Positions 50,387 to 63,119 are shown, counted from the first letter of the whole stretch. The stretch is 63,339 nt of DNA, filler included, from Octopus bimaculoides (GCF_001194135.2; 8 parts of 8 records of this genome joined end to end with filler, not necessarily neighbours in it), one strand, 5' to 3'. Translations and numbers: made by a program. The notes: generated from the letters alone by a model not told the origin.

Positions 50387-51112
50387 CAGGATGCGGTGAA
50401 AAATATTGTCTAAATTATGCAAAATTGAGAATAACAATGACATTTCATTTTAACAGATATATTTACCAAAATTACATGAAAATATCTTGAAATACTAAAG
50501 AGTAAATGTATTCAATAAAATCACCATTGTCTTCAACCACGGCCTCCAGACGACTTTGGAATCTCTTGCATCTCTTCTGGATATAATCTCCTTGTTTAAG
50601 TTGGTCAATGCTGCCATAATCCTTACCTTAGGGTTCATCTTTGCTGATACAAAGGGTTTTGTTGGTCTCTCGCTCAACTGGGCCGCACATGATTATCAAA
50701 GGATTTGCAGTGTGGAGAGTTAGGTAGACAAATGTTAGGGGTGATGTGGTCGCAGAAATTGTCTGACAGCCATGAGTGGATTCTCCTGCCTGTGTAGCAT
50801 GGTGCAGAATCCTATTGCCAAACATAGGGTCTTCAAGCAACCCACCTTCTTTACCCAGAGCAGTACTTCCTTCTCCAGGCACTTGATGTAGGACTCCGTG
50901 TTGAGTCTGAGGCCGTTTAGGGAGATGGATGGAGGTATAAAGTCGACATCACTAGTGATCACTCTAAAAGCCATGATGTTGCCTGGATGTTTGATTTTTC
51001 TCAGTCTCAGTACATGTTTTGGGGACACGGCAAGTAAACCGTTGTTCTGTGTTCACCATCGAATCCTGGCAGAATTTTTCTTTGTTTGAGAAAGACCAAA
51101 GCATGTTCGGCA
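50387..51112 (-). mobile_element. Truncated second copy of the same DD37D transposon (3' half)
   Basis: Begins TA-CAGGATGCGGTGAA, matching the reverse complement of the right end of 58902-60179. Encodes GRPYVWQQDSAPCYT...SPHCKSFD with 37 residues between the Asp residues. Cut off by a SINE head at ~51115. Confidence 0.9.
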
Positions 51113-51214
51113 TGTGGTTATAGCAGAAAGTACTTGCCCAAAGCACCATGCAATGGGACTGAACCCGGAACCATGTCGTTAGTAAGCAAGCTACCTATCA
51201 CGCAGCCATTCCCC

Positions 51215-51246
<32 letters not shown>

Positions 51247-51678
51247 NNNNNNNNNNNNNNNNNNNNNNNNNNNNNNNNNNNNNNNNNNNNNNNNNNNNNN
51301 NNNNNNNNNNNNNNNNNNNNNNNNNNNNNNNNNNNNNNNNNNNNNNNNNNNNNNNNNNNNNNNNNNNNNNNNNNNNNNNNNNNNNNNNNNNNNNNNNNNN
51401 NNNNNNNNNNNNNNNNNNNNNNNNNNNNNNNNNNNNNNNNNNNNNNNNNNNNNNNNNNNNNNNNNNNNNNNNNNNNNNNNNNNNNNNNNNNNNNNNNNNN
51501 NNNNNNNNNNNNNNNNNNNNNNNNNNNNNNNNNNNNNNNNNNNNNNNNNNNNNNNNNNNNNNNNNNNNNNNNNNNNNNNNNNNNNNNNNNNNNNNNNNNN
51601 NNNNNNNNNNNNNNNNNNNNNNNNNNNNNNNNNNNNNNNNNNNNNNNTATATATATATAGATATAGATATATATATAT

Positions 51679-52089
51679 ACTCTTTACTCTGTTTTACTTG
51701 TTTCAGTCATTTGACTGCAGCCATGCTGGAGCACCACCTTTAGTCGAGCAAATCGACCCCAGGACTTATTCTTTGGATGCCTAGTACTTATTCTGTCGGT
51801 GTCTTTTTGCCGAACCGCTAAGTTACGGGGACGTAAACACACCAGCATCGGCTGTCAAGCGATGTTGGGGGGACAAACACAGACACACAGACATACACAC
51901 ATACACACACACATATATATACATATATATACGACAGGCTTCTTTCAGTTTCCGCCTACCAAATACACTCACAAGGCTTTGGTCGGTCCGAGGCTATAGT
52001 AGAAGACACTTGACCAAGGTGCCACGCAGTGGGACTGAACCCGGAACCATGTGGTTGGTAAGCAAGCTACTTACCACACAGCCACTCCT
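51679..52089 (-). mobile_element. SINE-A, full length, CpGs largely intact
   Basis: Reverse complement of the SINE-A type; retains gtcga, atcga, gccga, accgc, ttacg, gacgt, atcgg, agcga. Confidence 0.9.
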
Positions 52090-52409
52090 ATATATATATA
52101 TAGTAACTTACATTTATATACACATACTACAAGTGATTACATAAGCATATATATATATATCCACCTACATAGTTACACATCCACACTCAGCACACACACA
52201 CACACACACACTTACACAGATATATGCGCATACATAGTCACATAAGCACACACGTACACAAACACACACACAAACACACTCACACACACTCACACATACA
52301 CATATACAGCTGCATTCATTCATACACATATAAGCGGAATTACATAACCATAAATGCTTGCGTATAGCTACGTGCACACACAAATACAAACACACACACA
52401 TACACACAG

Positions 52410-52446
<37 letters not shown>

Positions 52447-55400
52447 CATACAAGCACACATAAATGAACAATAAATTAGACGCAAACTTCAAATTACTTA
52501 ATTACCCCTAAGACAAAGCGTTTAGATAAAGACAATGAATAGTTGAGACGAAATTGAAATATATACAAAGTTTACAAAATTCACAAAAAAAGAACATGCA
52601 AAAAAATACAAAATTACCAAGACTACAAAAATTACAAAATTTTGCAAAAATGCAAAAATTAAGAGAAAAAACAAACTCAACCAAAATTTGCAAATATACA
52701 AAAATATAATTTGCAAGCAGCAGATAAAATCATAAAGTACTGAAATGAATTAATCTCATTTCTTGGCGCCGAATGATGTTTCTCCAAACATTTGTTAACA
52801 GCAATCTTGTAAATAGAATAGAAATGGCAGACAATATCGAGGTCGGGAAGTGCCGCTGACGAAGATTAATAAGTAGTAAAACGTTCAAAATTGTCTCCCT
52901 TGTTTTTCCTGGACTAGAGGCTTCGACGTAACGGAGTTGAANNNNNNNNNNNNNNNNNNNNNNNNNNNNNNNNNNNNNNNNNNNNNNNNNNNNNNNNNNN
53001 NNNNNNNNNNNNNNNNNNNNNNNNNNNNNNNNNNNNNNNNNNNNNNNNNNNNNNNNNNNNNNNNNNNNNNNNNNNNNNNNNNNNNNNNNNNNNNNNNNNN
53101 NNNNNNNNNNNNNNNNNNNNNNNNNNNNNNNNNNNNNNNNNNNNNNNNNNNNNNNNNNNNNNNNNNNNNNNNNNNNNNNNNNNNNNNNNNNNNNNNNNNN
53201 NNNNNNNNNNNNNNNNNNNNNNNNNNNNNNNNNNNNNNNNNNNNNNNNNNNNNNNNNNNNNNNNNNNNNNNNNNNNNNNNNNNNNNNNNNNNNNNNNNNN
53301 NNNNNNNNNNNNNNNNNNNNNNNNNNNNNNNNNNNNNNNNNNNNNNNNNNNNNNNNNNNNNNNNNNNNNNNNNNNNNNNNNNNNNNNNNNNNNNNNNNNN
53401 NNNNNNNNNNNNNNNNNNNNNNNNNNNNNNNNNNNNNNNNNNNNNNNNNNNNNNNNNNNNNNNNNNNNNNNNNNNNNNNNNNNNNNNNNNNNNNNNNNNN
53501 NNNNNNNNNNNNNNNNNNNNNNNNNNNNNNNNNNNNNNNNNNNNNNNNNNNNNNNNNNNNNNNNNNNNNNNNNNNNNNNNNNNNNNNNNNNNNNNNNNNN
53601 NNNNNNNNNNNNNNNNNNNNNNNNNNNNNNNNNNNNNNNNNNNNNNNNNNNNNNNNNNNNNNNNNNNNNNNNNNNNNNNNNNNNNNNNNNNNNNNNNNNN
53701 NNNNNNNNNNNNNNNNNNNNNNNNNNNNNNNNNNNNNNNNNNNNNNNNNNNNNNNNNNNNNNNNNNNNNNNNNNNNNNNNNNNNNNNNNNNNNNNNNNNN
53801 NNNNNNNNNNNNNNNNNNNNNNNNNNNNNNNNNNNNNNNNNNNNNNNNNNNNNNNNNNNNNNNNNNNNNNNNNNNNNNNNNNNNNNNNNATATAGAATAT
53901 ATATATATATATTTTCTTAAATATAGAACTGTATATATTTTTTTCCGTTTTTCTTCTGATTTCACCATGTAATGAGGTAAAATAGAAGATTGAGCATTGA
54001 GAAAATTTTATTCGCTATTGAAACAAAAATAGTCGTTTTTGAAAAAATTGGTAGATTTTCGAATAGAAACAGAAAGGAATAAAAAATATTTTACTCGCCA
54101 TAGAAACCAAAATAATTCTTTTTGAAAAGATTTACATTTAATAGAAAATACGCCAAATTTTTCATTGACCACAGGTACGTCGTGTGGTATCTACAATGTG
54201 ATATGAAGTAGGGTACAACACGACCCTCCTGTGGGACGTGGGTGTCTGACACTTTTTATGTCATCCTTGTCTCACATTTGGTATTGTGTAGAAATGTTAC
54301 AACGCTCATGTTAAAATTAAGATATCGTATTGGGACTTGAGAGACGACGTGTTAAAGTTTGTTCCACGCAATCACAAAACAGCAAGGGTCACTAACACTT
54401 GCAGCGCCACTAGTAGCACCACAGTGACCTGTAGCGCCCCTAGCGGCGATAGTAGCCACACTGGCAACCAGCAGCAGGAACAGCAGTGATAGTAACCTAA
54501 CTGTAGGGACAGCAACACCTGGTGGGCCGTCGTCGACGCCGGCACCACTCGCAGCAGCGTTGCCAACGCTGCCACCATCGCCAGCACCGACAGCACCGCC
54601 AGCAGCACCAGCGTCAGGAAATAGCAGCCCAAGCAGCGGCGGGTGTTGCCCGAGTAACAGACTAGGGTCCCATTCGCGGTGGAGGTGGGAGGCTTTCGCT
54701 GGTGGCAGCGTAGGAACCGCTTGTTGATTCATTTCCGCTCAAGAAAGGATACGGGGACAGCCTGACTTTAACTGGGCCCCACTGACACACGCCTCGGTTA
54801 TGTAATGGCAACAGAGATAAATATTACTTATNNNNNNNNNNNNNNNNNNNNNNNNNNNNNNNNNNNNNNNNNNNNTTAATTAATTAANNNNNNNNNNNNN
54901 NNNNNNNNNNNNNNNNNNNNNNNNNNNNNNNATATGTAATATGTATGTATATATATACATACATACATATATATTGCAGTTGGTGTCCTTTTGCACCGCT
55001 GATTATACGTTTTTTTAATGGCGAGTGTGATAAAGGAGTGTCAGTAATTCGGTGCAGAACAAATATCGAAAGGAATTCAATTGAAGAAAGCAGTGTATTT
55101 TATGGTGATAGTGTTGGCAGTTGTAGTTGTTGTTAATCCCAGGTGAACAGTAATCGAGCAACCTTATGGTTGTAAAAGATATTTCCGTTACGGTCATCTC
55201 ATCGTACTTTTTGTTTGTTAGTTTCTTTTAGAAATACATAGAAATGCCCTAGCTAATGTGTGTTGTCTTCTTTCTTAAGATAGCAAAATGTTATTTGAGG
55301 AAGATGTTGATTGTTTCTTGGCAATTGAACGATCGTGTTGACATTTCCTTGTTGACCCGATATGAAGCGGCCACGAGGCAAATATATATTTATATATACA

Positions 55401-55519
55401 TAACTATTTCTGATATATATCAGAAATGATATATGTATCATACGTAATGTATACAGTGTCGTTAGGCCAGTTACTGCACTATTTTTCCTGAGATAACATC
55501 TCTTATGGACGTACTGGGT

Positions 55520-55584
<65 letters not shown>

Positions 55585-57224
55585 GGGGGGTTACGATGCA
55601 TTTCGCCAGATATACAAAATCAGGACTTAGAACTTTTTAAAGCTTCTGCTATGAAGGCGTGCATTTAGCAACGTACTCCCAGATAAGAATAGATCTTGGA
55701 TGCTCACAGTTGGAACTCTCTTTAAGGATAAGTCTGCTCCTTCTTTGGCGAACTGGCGCTGAGCAACAGCAACAACAACAACATCACCACCAACAACAGA
55801 CCTTATTAAATCAAAACTAATTGATTCTGTAGTTTCCAGCAAGCAGTTTCGTAGAACAACTCTTGCATTCAAGCCAATGACGTGGAATAAAAATTTTATA
55901 AGTATGAAACATGACGAGTAGCGTATAATCATGACTTGAGAGCGCATATACACAGATACTCACATAGGCACACACATGTATTGTGTGATATTCTTCATGT
56001 ATATAGACTCACTAAACTGTCTACATTAGTTGGGAAATGGTAATATTATTGCAAAAAGTTATCTTTTATATGTTTGTGTATTTGAATATAACACGGCATA
56101 TTAAATATGGATATACGTAAGAACAAGATTTGTGAAACAGTTGCATACACAAACACGTACATACACTCAGCTCAACAGTCACATGCATACACGTACACAC
56201 ACTCATATACATTTTCATATCCATATATGTACGCACACATACATGCATACATACACACATACATACATACATATATACATACATATGTCTATATCTATAT
56301 GTGTGTGCGGTGTGTGTGTGTGTGAGAGAGAGAAAGTGAGTGTATTGATATGTGTGACAATGTGTGTACGTGTGCGTGTGTATATATATATACATACTTA
56401 CAAATGTCTATATACACTCATACATATGTATTCATATATGTGTGCCCATATATGCAAATATATGTGCATATGCATGTTCACACACACACACGCACACACA
56501 CATATGAAAGCGTAGTTTCCAATTTGTTTTCAATATGGAAGCCTTCTAATAAATACTTATTGCTTATCGTAACGATATTTCAAAAGCATATGCTGTGTAA
56601 GTCTTAGAAGTCAAGTTTATCTCCTAAATAGTAAATGATGATATCATTCTGAAAACTGCATTGAGAACATTCGACGAATCGGACAGTTTTAGGGCCGTAA
56701 AGGCAACATCCAATTCGTGATAGAGAAGGAAAAAATTTTATTTATTTCAATATTTGCTAACCTTACAGAGAAAAGTTAAGCTATATCATAATAGTACTAA
56801 ATCGATTTCTTTCGAGCAGAAAGAATATTCTGGTTGATATCCGTTTCTAGTACCATTTCTAGTTATGCTATTAAACATGTTTGTGTCTCTCATAAATTGT
56901 TAAATGAAGCTAGCATCTAAATCGGCAGTATAAATTATCACTTCCTGTAAAGATCATTTTGAAAACATATAATAAAATACCAGACGTGGTTTGAAAAATC
57001 GCGAGAGCGAAAGAAAACGGAAATATCAAATTTTAAAATACGTTAAAATATTTTATGATGAAGAACATGACTCCATAATACTGGAAGTAAACAATATTCA
57101 GAGGAAACCAGTTCAGAGAATAATAGAATATTTATTAGTTTTTATAATTTAATTTGGAATGTAATTTTAGAAGGTATATTGTAGGACGAGCGATAGATTT
57201 AGCTTTATAATAAAATAATAATTC

Positions 57225-57660
57225 TTTCTAATTTTGGCACAAAGCCAGTAATTTTGAAGGAAGCGGTTAAGTCGTTTACATCGAACCCATTACTTAAGTC
57301 GTACTTATTTTATCGAGTCCAAAAGGATGGACAGCAACGTAGACTTCGATGGCTTTTGAAGTCAGAATGTAAAGAGCCGGAAGAAATGTCGTTATGCATT
57401 TTGTCCGGTGTGATAAAGTTTCTGTCAGCTTACTGCAATAATAATCCTTTCTACTATAGGATCAAGGCCTAAAATTTGGGGGGAGGGGGCCAGTCGATTA
57501 GATCGACCCCAGTACGCAACTGGTACTTAACTTATAGACCGCGAAAAGGATGAAAGGCAAAGTTGACCTCAGCAAAATTTGAACTCAGAGCGTAACGGCA
57601 GATGAAATATCGCTAAGCATATCGCCCGGCGTGCTAACGATTCTGCCAGCTAGTCGCCTT
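57225..57660 (-). mobile_element. Two tandem SINE-C copies
   Basis: Copies at ~57225-57435 and ~57436-57660, both on the minus strand, each with an (AAT)-type tail. Confidence 0.85.
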
Positions 57661-57680
57661 GCAACAACAACAACAACAAC

Positions 57681-57711
<31 letters not shown>

Positions 57712-58282
57712 NNNNNNNNNNNNNNNNNNNNNNNNNNNNNNNNNNNNNNNNNNNNTTAATTAATTAANNNNNNNNNNNNNNNNNNNNNNNNNNNNNNNNN
57801 NNNNNNNNNNNTATATATATATATATATATATATGTATGTAAATGTATATATACATGTTTATATAAAATATATATGAATGTAAAAATACATTATTCACAT
57901 GTTAATATACATACTACTATATACCTATATGCGTATATACTCGCACATACCTATATGCGTGTGTGTGTAAGTGTGTGTGAGTGAGTGCCCAAATGTAAAA
58001 AAGCGAATTTGTTTCTACATACTAACATAAATACATACATACATTCATACACACTTCGTATATGTACACACACACACATAGACACACTCACTCACACACA
58101 CACACATAATACATACATACATACATACATACATACATACATACATACACGCACGCACACAACTGATAGCCACTAATATAAGCTTTTAGATTTTCCACAA
58201 ATGCAAGAGAAATCTAAAATTTGCCGATTGCTATTTAAACTTCAGAAATCATGTCAAAACAACTTCGTTTTCCTTCACTCAC

Positions 58283-58303
58283 CTCCTGTACTAGCGACTG
58301 CAT
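58283..58303 (-). CDS. Candidate short first coding exon (MQSLVQE), gene unassigned
   Basis: Minus strand reads ccgccaacATG CAG TCG CTA GTA CAG GAG|gtgagt: Kozak-like ATG plus consensus donor in CpG-containing unique DNA. No homology recognised. Confidence 0.3.
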
Positions 58304-58795
58304 GTTGGCGGTAAGAACTGAGAGAAAGCTGCAGTCTTTAGTACGTCAAGCATCACACGAGGATGTGCGTTCGGGCTTCCCAAATCACCCTGACTGGTTT
58401 TGCCCAAACTGATCTTTAGCATACATGTTCTAAAATTCTTGTCTATCGATTATCTACGTATTAATACAATAGTATCTACCTACCTACCTACCTACCTACC
58501 TACACACCCACAAATGTATATATNNNNNNNNNNNNNNNNNNNNNNNNNNNNNNNNNNNNNNNNNNNNNNNNNNNNNNNNNNNNNNNNNNNNNNNNNNNNN
58601 NNNNNNNNNNNNNNNNNNNNNNNNNNNNNNNNNNNNNNNNNNATATATATAATATGATAAACCCACGAACCGGCGGTGGCGTGGTTGTGTGGTATGAAGC
58701 TTGCTCCGCAACCACACAGTTCCGTGTTCAATCCCACTGTGCAAGCACTTGTGCAAGTGAATTTGGCTGACGGAAACTGAAAGGAACCAATCGTA

Positions 58796-58837
<42 letters not shown>

Positions 58838-58901
58838 TCTCTCTCTCTCTCTCTCTCCTTCTCTCTCTCTCTCTCTATGTATATACATATATAAATATAT
58901 A

Positions 58902-60179
58902 CAGGGTGCGATGGGTAAATTGTCACCATTTTATACTTTCTAGTTTCGCGCATGCACATTCTTTTGTTTTTGATTTTGTCAACTATACAGTATAGTAAGG
59001 TCAGCTGGGCACCGTCTGTGAGAAACACAGCACCATGACGCAATTCAGTCTGCCAGAAATTTGGAAACGACATGCTGTACTGCCTGGCATTCGCACCGGA
59101 AGCTCTAATACGAGCAATCTGAGGACAGTGTAGAGGATTCGGAAAGAGTTGGATGAATCTAATAGTGATTACAAATGTACGGCAACGGGGAAAACTCACT
59201 CTAATCGTTCTGATAAGAAAAGAACTCCTTAATTTCTTGGTGAGATCCAGGCCACGATTGACAACGATCCTTCCAAGTCAATCAGGTACATCACCAGGGA
59301 CATGGGAGTGTCTGAAATTCTTATCAGGCAGGTAGAGCATGAAGATATTCGGTATTCCTCATACAAGATGAGAAAGGGCCAATTTTTATTCCAAGACATC
59401 AAGGACAAGAGGAAAGACCGCGCTACAAAGCTTATGAACAAACTCAAGCATTCTCCCAACCGAACATGCTTTGGTTTTTCTCAGACGAGAAAAATTTCTG
59501 TCGGGATCAGATGGTGAACATTCATAACAAACGTTGGCTTGCTGTGTCCCCAAAACATGTACCGAGAGTGATAAAAATCAAACACCCAGTCAACATCAAG
59601 ATGTTTGGAGTGATCACTAGTGATGGTGACGTTATGTCTCCATTCATCTTCCTATACGGTTTCAAACTCAACACGGGGGTCTACATCAAGTACCTGAAGA
59701 AGGTAGTGTTGCTCTATGTCAAGAGGATGGCTGCTTGAAGATCCTATGACAGACAACAGGTTTCTGCATCATGCTACACAAGCAAAAGAATCCAGTCATG
59801 ACTGTCAGACAATTTCTGCGACCACATCATCCATAACATCTGACCACCTAACTTCCCAGACTGCAACCTCCTTGATTATTATGTGTGGAGTGCATTTGAG
59901 TGAGCGAGAGACTAACAAAGCTCCTTGTAACACTGAAGATGAACTGAAGGCAAGGATTATGGCAGCATTCACCAACTTAAACAATAAGTCCATCCAGAAG
60001 AGTTGCAAGAGATTCCGAAGTCGTTTGGAGGTCGTGGTTGAAGTCAATGACGATTTTATTGAATAAATTTATTGTTTAATAAATTTATGCAATTTTGGTA
60101 AATATATCTGTTAAAATGAGATGACAGTGTTATTTTGATTCTTGCGTAATTTAGACGACAGTTTATTCACCGCACCCTG
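58902..60179 (+). mobile_element. Full-length inactive Tc1/mariner DNA transposon, DD37D (maT-like)
   Basis: TA at 58900-58901 and 60180-60181. Imperfect TIRs CAGGGTGCG(A/G)TG..TAAA.TGTC. Transposase remnant ATG 59035 to TAA 60066 with stops and frameshifts: WFFSDEKNF, QQ(V for D)SASCYT, then 37 residues to the D of PDCNLLDYYVW. Confidence 0.92.
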
Positions 60180-60564
60180 TACAATTCTTGTAAACACAGC
60201 TACCCAGGGTTTCCTGGTCGTAATAATAATTTACTCTGCCATTTATTAATCTGAAAACAAGACTGTTTGTCAGTTGTCTTTTGAGCAGATGACGTTTGAA
60301 CAAGAGACGCTTGTAAAAATGAAGACTAAAAGGAAATACACAATGAAGATAATCAACTTTACAATAATTCGGTGTCAAGCAGACGTAAACAAGATGTTAA
60401 TGGTTTACTAAGTGTCCGGTGACCTAATTTCAAATTACAACACAATGTATTTCTTGAAATGCAGATACACAGAAAAAAAATCTCCTCCCTTGAATTTATG
60501 CATTTGTTGAAAATTCTCAAGCTTTTTAAGAGATACAGTTTTTTAAGATACAGTTTGTTATGTA

Positions 60565-60624
<60 letters not shown>

Positions 60625-60649
60625 CATTATTATTATTATTATTATTTTC

Positions 60650-61200
60650 ATTATCATCTTTCAATTCTGTTTCCATTTCTTGCTGACTGTCTTCCTGACA
60701 CCTAGGGCAGACAATCGCACAGTATACATTGGTAGGCCATTAAAATACACACACCATTTACAAATTCATGCGATAAAGAAAAGGGGTGGGTGGGAGAAAG
60801 ACAGAGATAAAAGAAACAAATAAAAAAAGTAACCAAAGAAAATAAAGAAGAAAAAGGGAAAGAAAATTCACATCGACAATGCTCTTCTTAATACGTGTGA
60901 CGTACCAGTTAAGACAATCTTTTGTACTTTCTGCATGGACAGTGAGTCAAGGATCATTCTTAAATCATTTTCACTTCCTTTTATGATCTTTCCAAGTGCC
61001 CCTACAATCACTGGTATCGTAACCGTCTTGAGATGCCACATCTTTTCAGTTTCGATTAGCAAACCTTTATATTTCCTGAGCTTATCAAATTCTTTTGCCG
61101 AGATACTATGGTCACAGGAAATGCTCATGTCAATCAATAAACAGACTTTACTGTTTTGGTCTTTCACTGCAATATCCGGTTTATTTGCTTTGATGGTCCC
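60650..61200 (-). mobile_element. R4/Dong-like non-LTR element, 3' part with restriction-like endonuclease, 3' UTR and (AAT)n tail
   Basis: TIKANKPDIAVKD...CLLIDMSISCD...KEFDKLRKY...MWHLKTVTIPVIVGALG...VQKIVLTGTSHVLRRALSM* (stop at 60868) fits the PD-(D/E)xK RLE pattern. Tail runs into (AAT)n at ~60565-60650. Confidence 0.85.
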
Positions 61201-61224
61201 GTCTTATTATAATTATTATTCAGT

Positions 61225-61415
61225 AGTCTAATTTTTTATCACGTGCTTTCACTGCACTACCGAGCGCAGCTCTGTGTGCCTTGGGTATGTGCTGTGGTTT
61301 GTTGTGAGGCTCTTATTTTTACTGTATTAAAAGTGTTTTACGTAGAATGTGTGCCTAGTAGTGCTATTTTCTGTATGTTATATATATACTTGTTAGTCCT
61401 GGTGTTTTTGTTATG
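61225..61415 (-). mobile_element. Second R4/Dong-like subfamily, short 5'-truncated 3' end
   Basis: Encodes YITKTPGLTS..NIQKIALLG..HILRKTL with small indels, then a 3' UTR (AAACCACAGCACATACCCAAGGCACACAGAGC) and (AAT) tail. The same UTR recurs on the + strand at 48116-48196. Confidence 0.75.
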
Positions 61416-61425
61416 TATATTATTA

Positions 61426-61457
<32 letters not shown>

Positions 61458-61558
61458 NNNNNNNNNNNNNNNNNNNNNNNNNNNNNNNNNNNNNNNNNNN
61501 NTTAATTAATTAANNNNNNNNNNNNNNNNNNNNNNNNNNNNNNNNNNNNNNNNNNNNA

Positions 61559-62090
61559 TACAGAGATGACGCATTATTCTTCCTACATAAATGTAGCAAA
61601 GTACAGCGCGAAAAGTACAAACAATCTAAAAGTTTTTTAAAAATAATGGCCTTTCCATCACTATAATCAATGAACACCGTAGAGTCAACTTTTTAGATGC
61701 TGCTTTTGACTTGGATACTGGTCTACACAAACCGTTCCATAAACCTAATGAGAACCTAAAATACATCAACGTTAGATCTAATCATCCACCATCGATAATT
61801 AGGGGACTCGTTACCAACATCTCGGCTAGAATATCTAGGTTATCTGCAAATGAAATTTTATTCAACATACATGCACCTTATTATAACTCAGTCTTAGCTA
61901 AGGCCGGATACCGTAAGAAAATCCAATATACCAGTAGAAGTAGTAATTATAATAATAGCTATTGTAACTCAACTAGTAATAATACGATTCATTATAACAA
62001 CCTTACCAAACACAACAAAAACTACATAAACAATATCAAAAACCTAGATAATAGAATCACAAACCGTAAGATAAGACTAACCGGTCAATA
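61559..62090 (+). mobile_element. Penelope-like element, reverse transcriptase fragment
   Basis: YRDD at 61559-61570, then after a frameshift VNFLDAAFDLDTGLHKPFHKPNENLKYINVRSNHPPSII...RISRLSANE...PYYNSVLAKAGY, typical PLE RT C-terminal motifs, followed by an Asn-rich linker. Confidence 0.88.
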
Positions 62091-63119
62091 TAAGGACCTT
62101 CACCCGGAAACAGAAAAAAGCAGTCTGGGGGTGTTAACAAATGTGTGGAAAACGAATGGATATATATTGATTTTTTTTTTACGGAATCCCACGTTTTTGG
62201 CTATGGAGGATCCGATTTCGGAAATTAAAAAAAAAAAAAAATCGTATTTTCAAAATTTCAATTACCCTCACTCTCNNNNNNNNNNNNNNNNNNNNNNNNN
62301 NNNNNNNNNNNNNNNNNNNNNNNNNNNNNNNNNNNNNNNNNNNNNNNNNNNNNNNNNNNNNNNNNNNNNNNNNNNNNNNNNNNNNNNNNNNNNNNNNNNN
62401 NNNNNNNNNNNNNNNNNNNNNNNNNNNNNNNNNNNNNNNNNNNNNNNNNNNNNNNNNNNNNNNNNNNNNNNNNNNNNNNNNNNNNNNNNNNNNNNNNNNN
62501 NNNNNNNNNNNNNNNNNNNNNNNNNNNNNNNNNNNNNNNNNNNNNNNNNNNNNNNNNNNNNNNNNNNNNNNNNNNNNNNNNNNNNNNNNNNNNNNNNNNN
62601 NNNNNNNNNNNNNNNNNNNNNNNNNNNNNNNNNNNNNNNNNNNNNNNNNNNNNNNNNNNNNNNNNNNNNNNNNNNNNNNNNNNNNNNNNNNNNNNNNNNN
62701 NNNNNNNNNNNNNNNNNNNNNNNNNNNNNNNNNNNNNNNNNNNNNNNNNNNNNNNNNNNNNNNNNNNNNNNNNNNNNNNNNNNNNNNNNNNNNNNNNNNN
62801 NNNNNNNNNNNNNNNNNNNNNNNNNNNNNNNNNNNNNNNNNNNNNNNNNNNNNNNNNNNNNNNNNNNNNNNNNNNNNNNNNNNNNNNNNNNNNNNNNNNN
62901 NNNNNNNNNNNNNNNNNNNNNNNNNNNNNNNNNNNNNNNNNNNNNNNNNNNNNNNNNNNNNNNAAAAAGACCCACTTTAATTTCACATGAATTACTTTGT
63001 CATATTACTGCGGGAAATTACTCTGAAAGAAATCTTTGCAGAAAGGTAAGTAGATTGATTACATTATGTTATCGCAGTTTTGTGAGATTTGGCTGTTATT
63101 TCTAGCATATATATATATA

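Noticed and set aside
54700-54790. HDV-like ribozyme or LTR primer-binding site at TGGGGCCCAG
   Set aside because: P3/P1.1 pairing could not be built, no tRNA 3' end match was recognised and no paired LTR was seen.
55627-55700. Minus-strand ...SRSFKK|gt as a possible phase-2 end of the missing EFHD exon
   Set aside because: The upstream residues lack FNPYTEF/EFSRKQI and the donor (gttcta) is poor.
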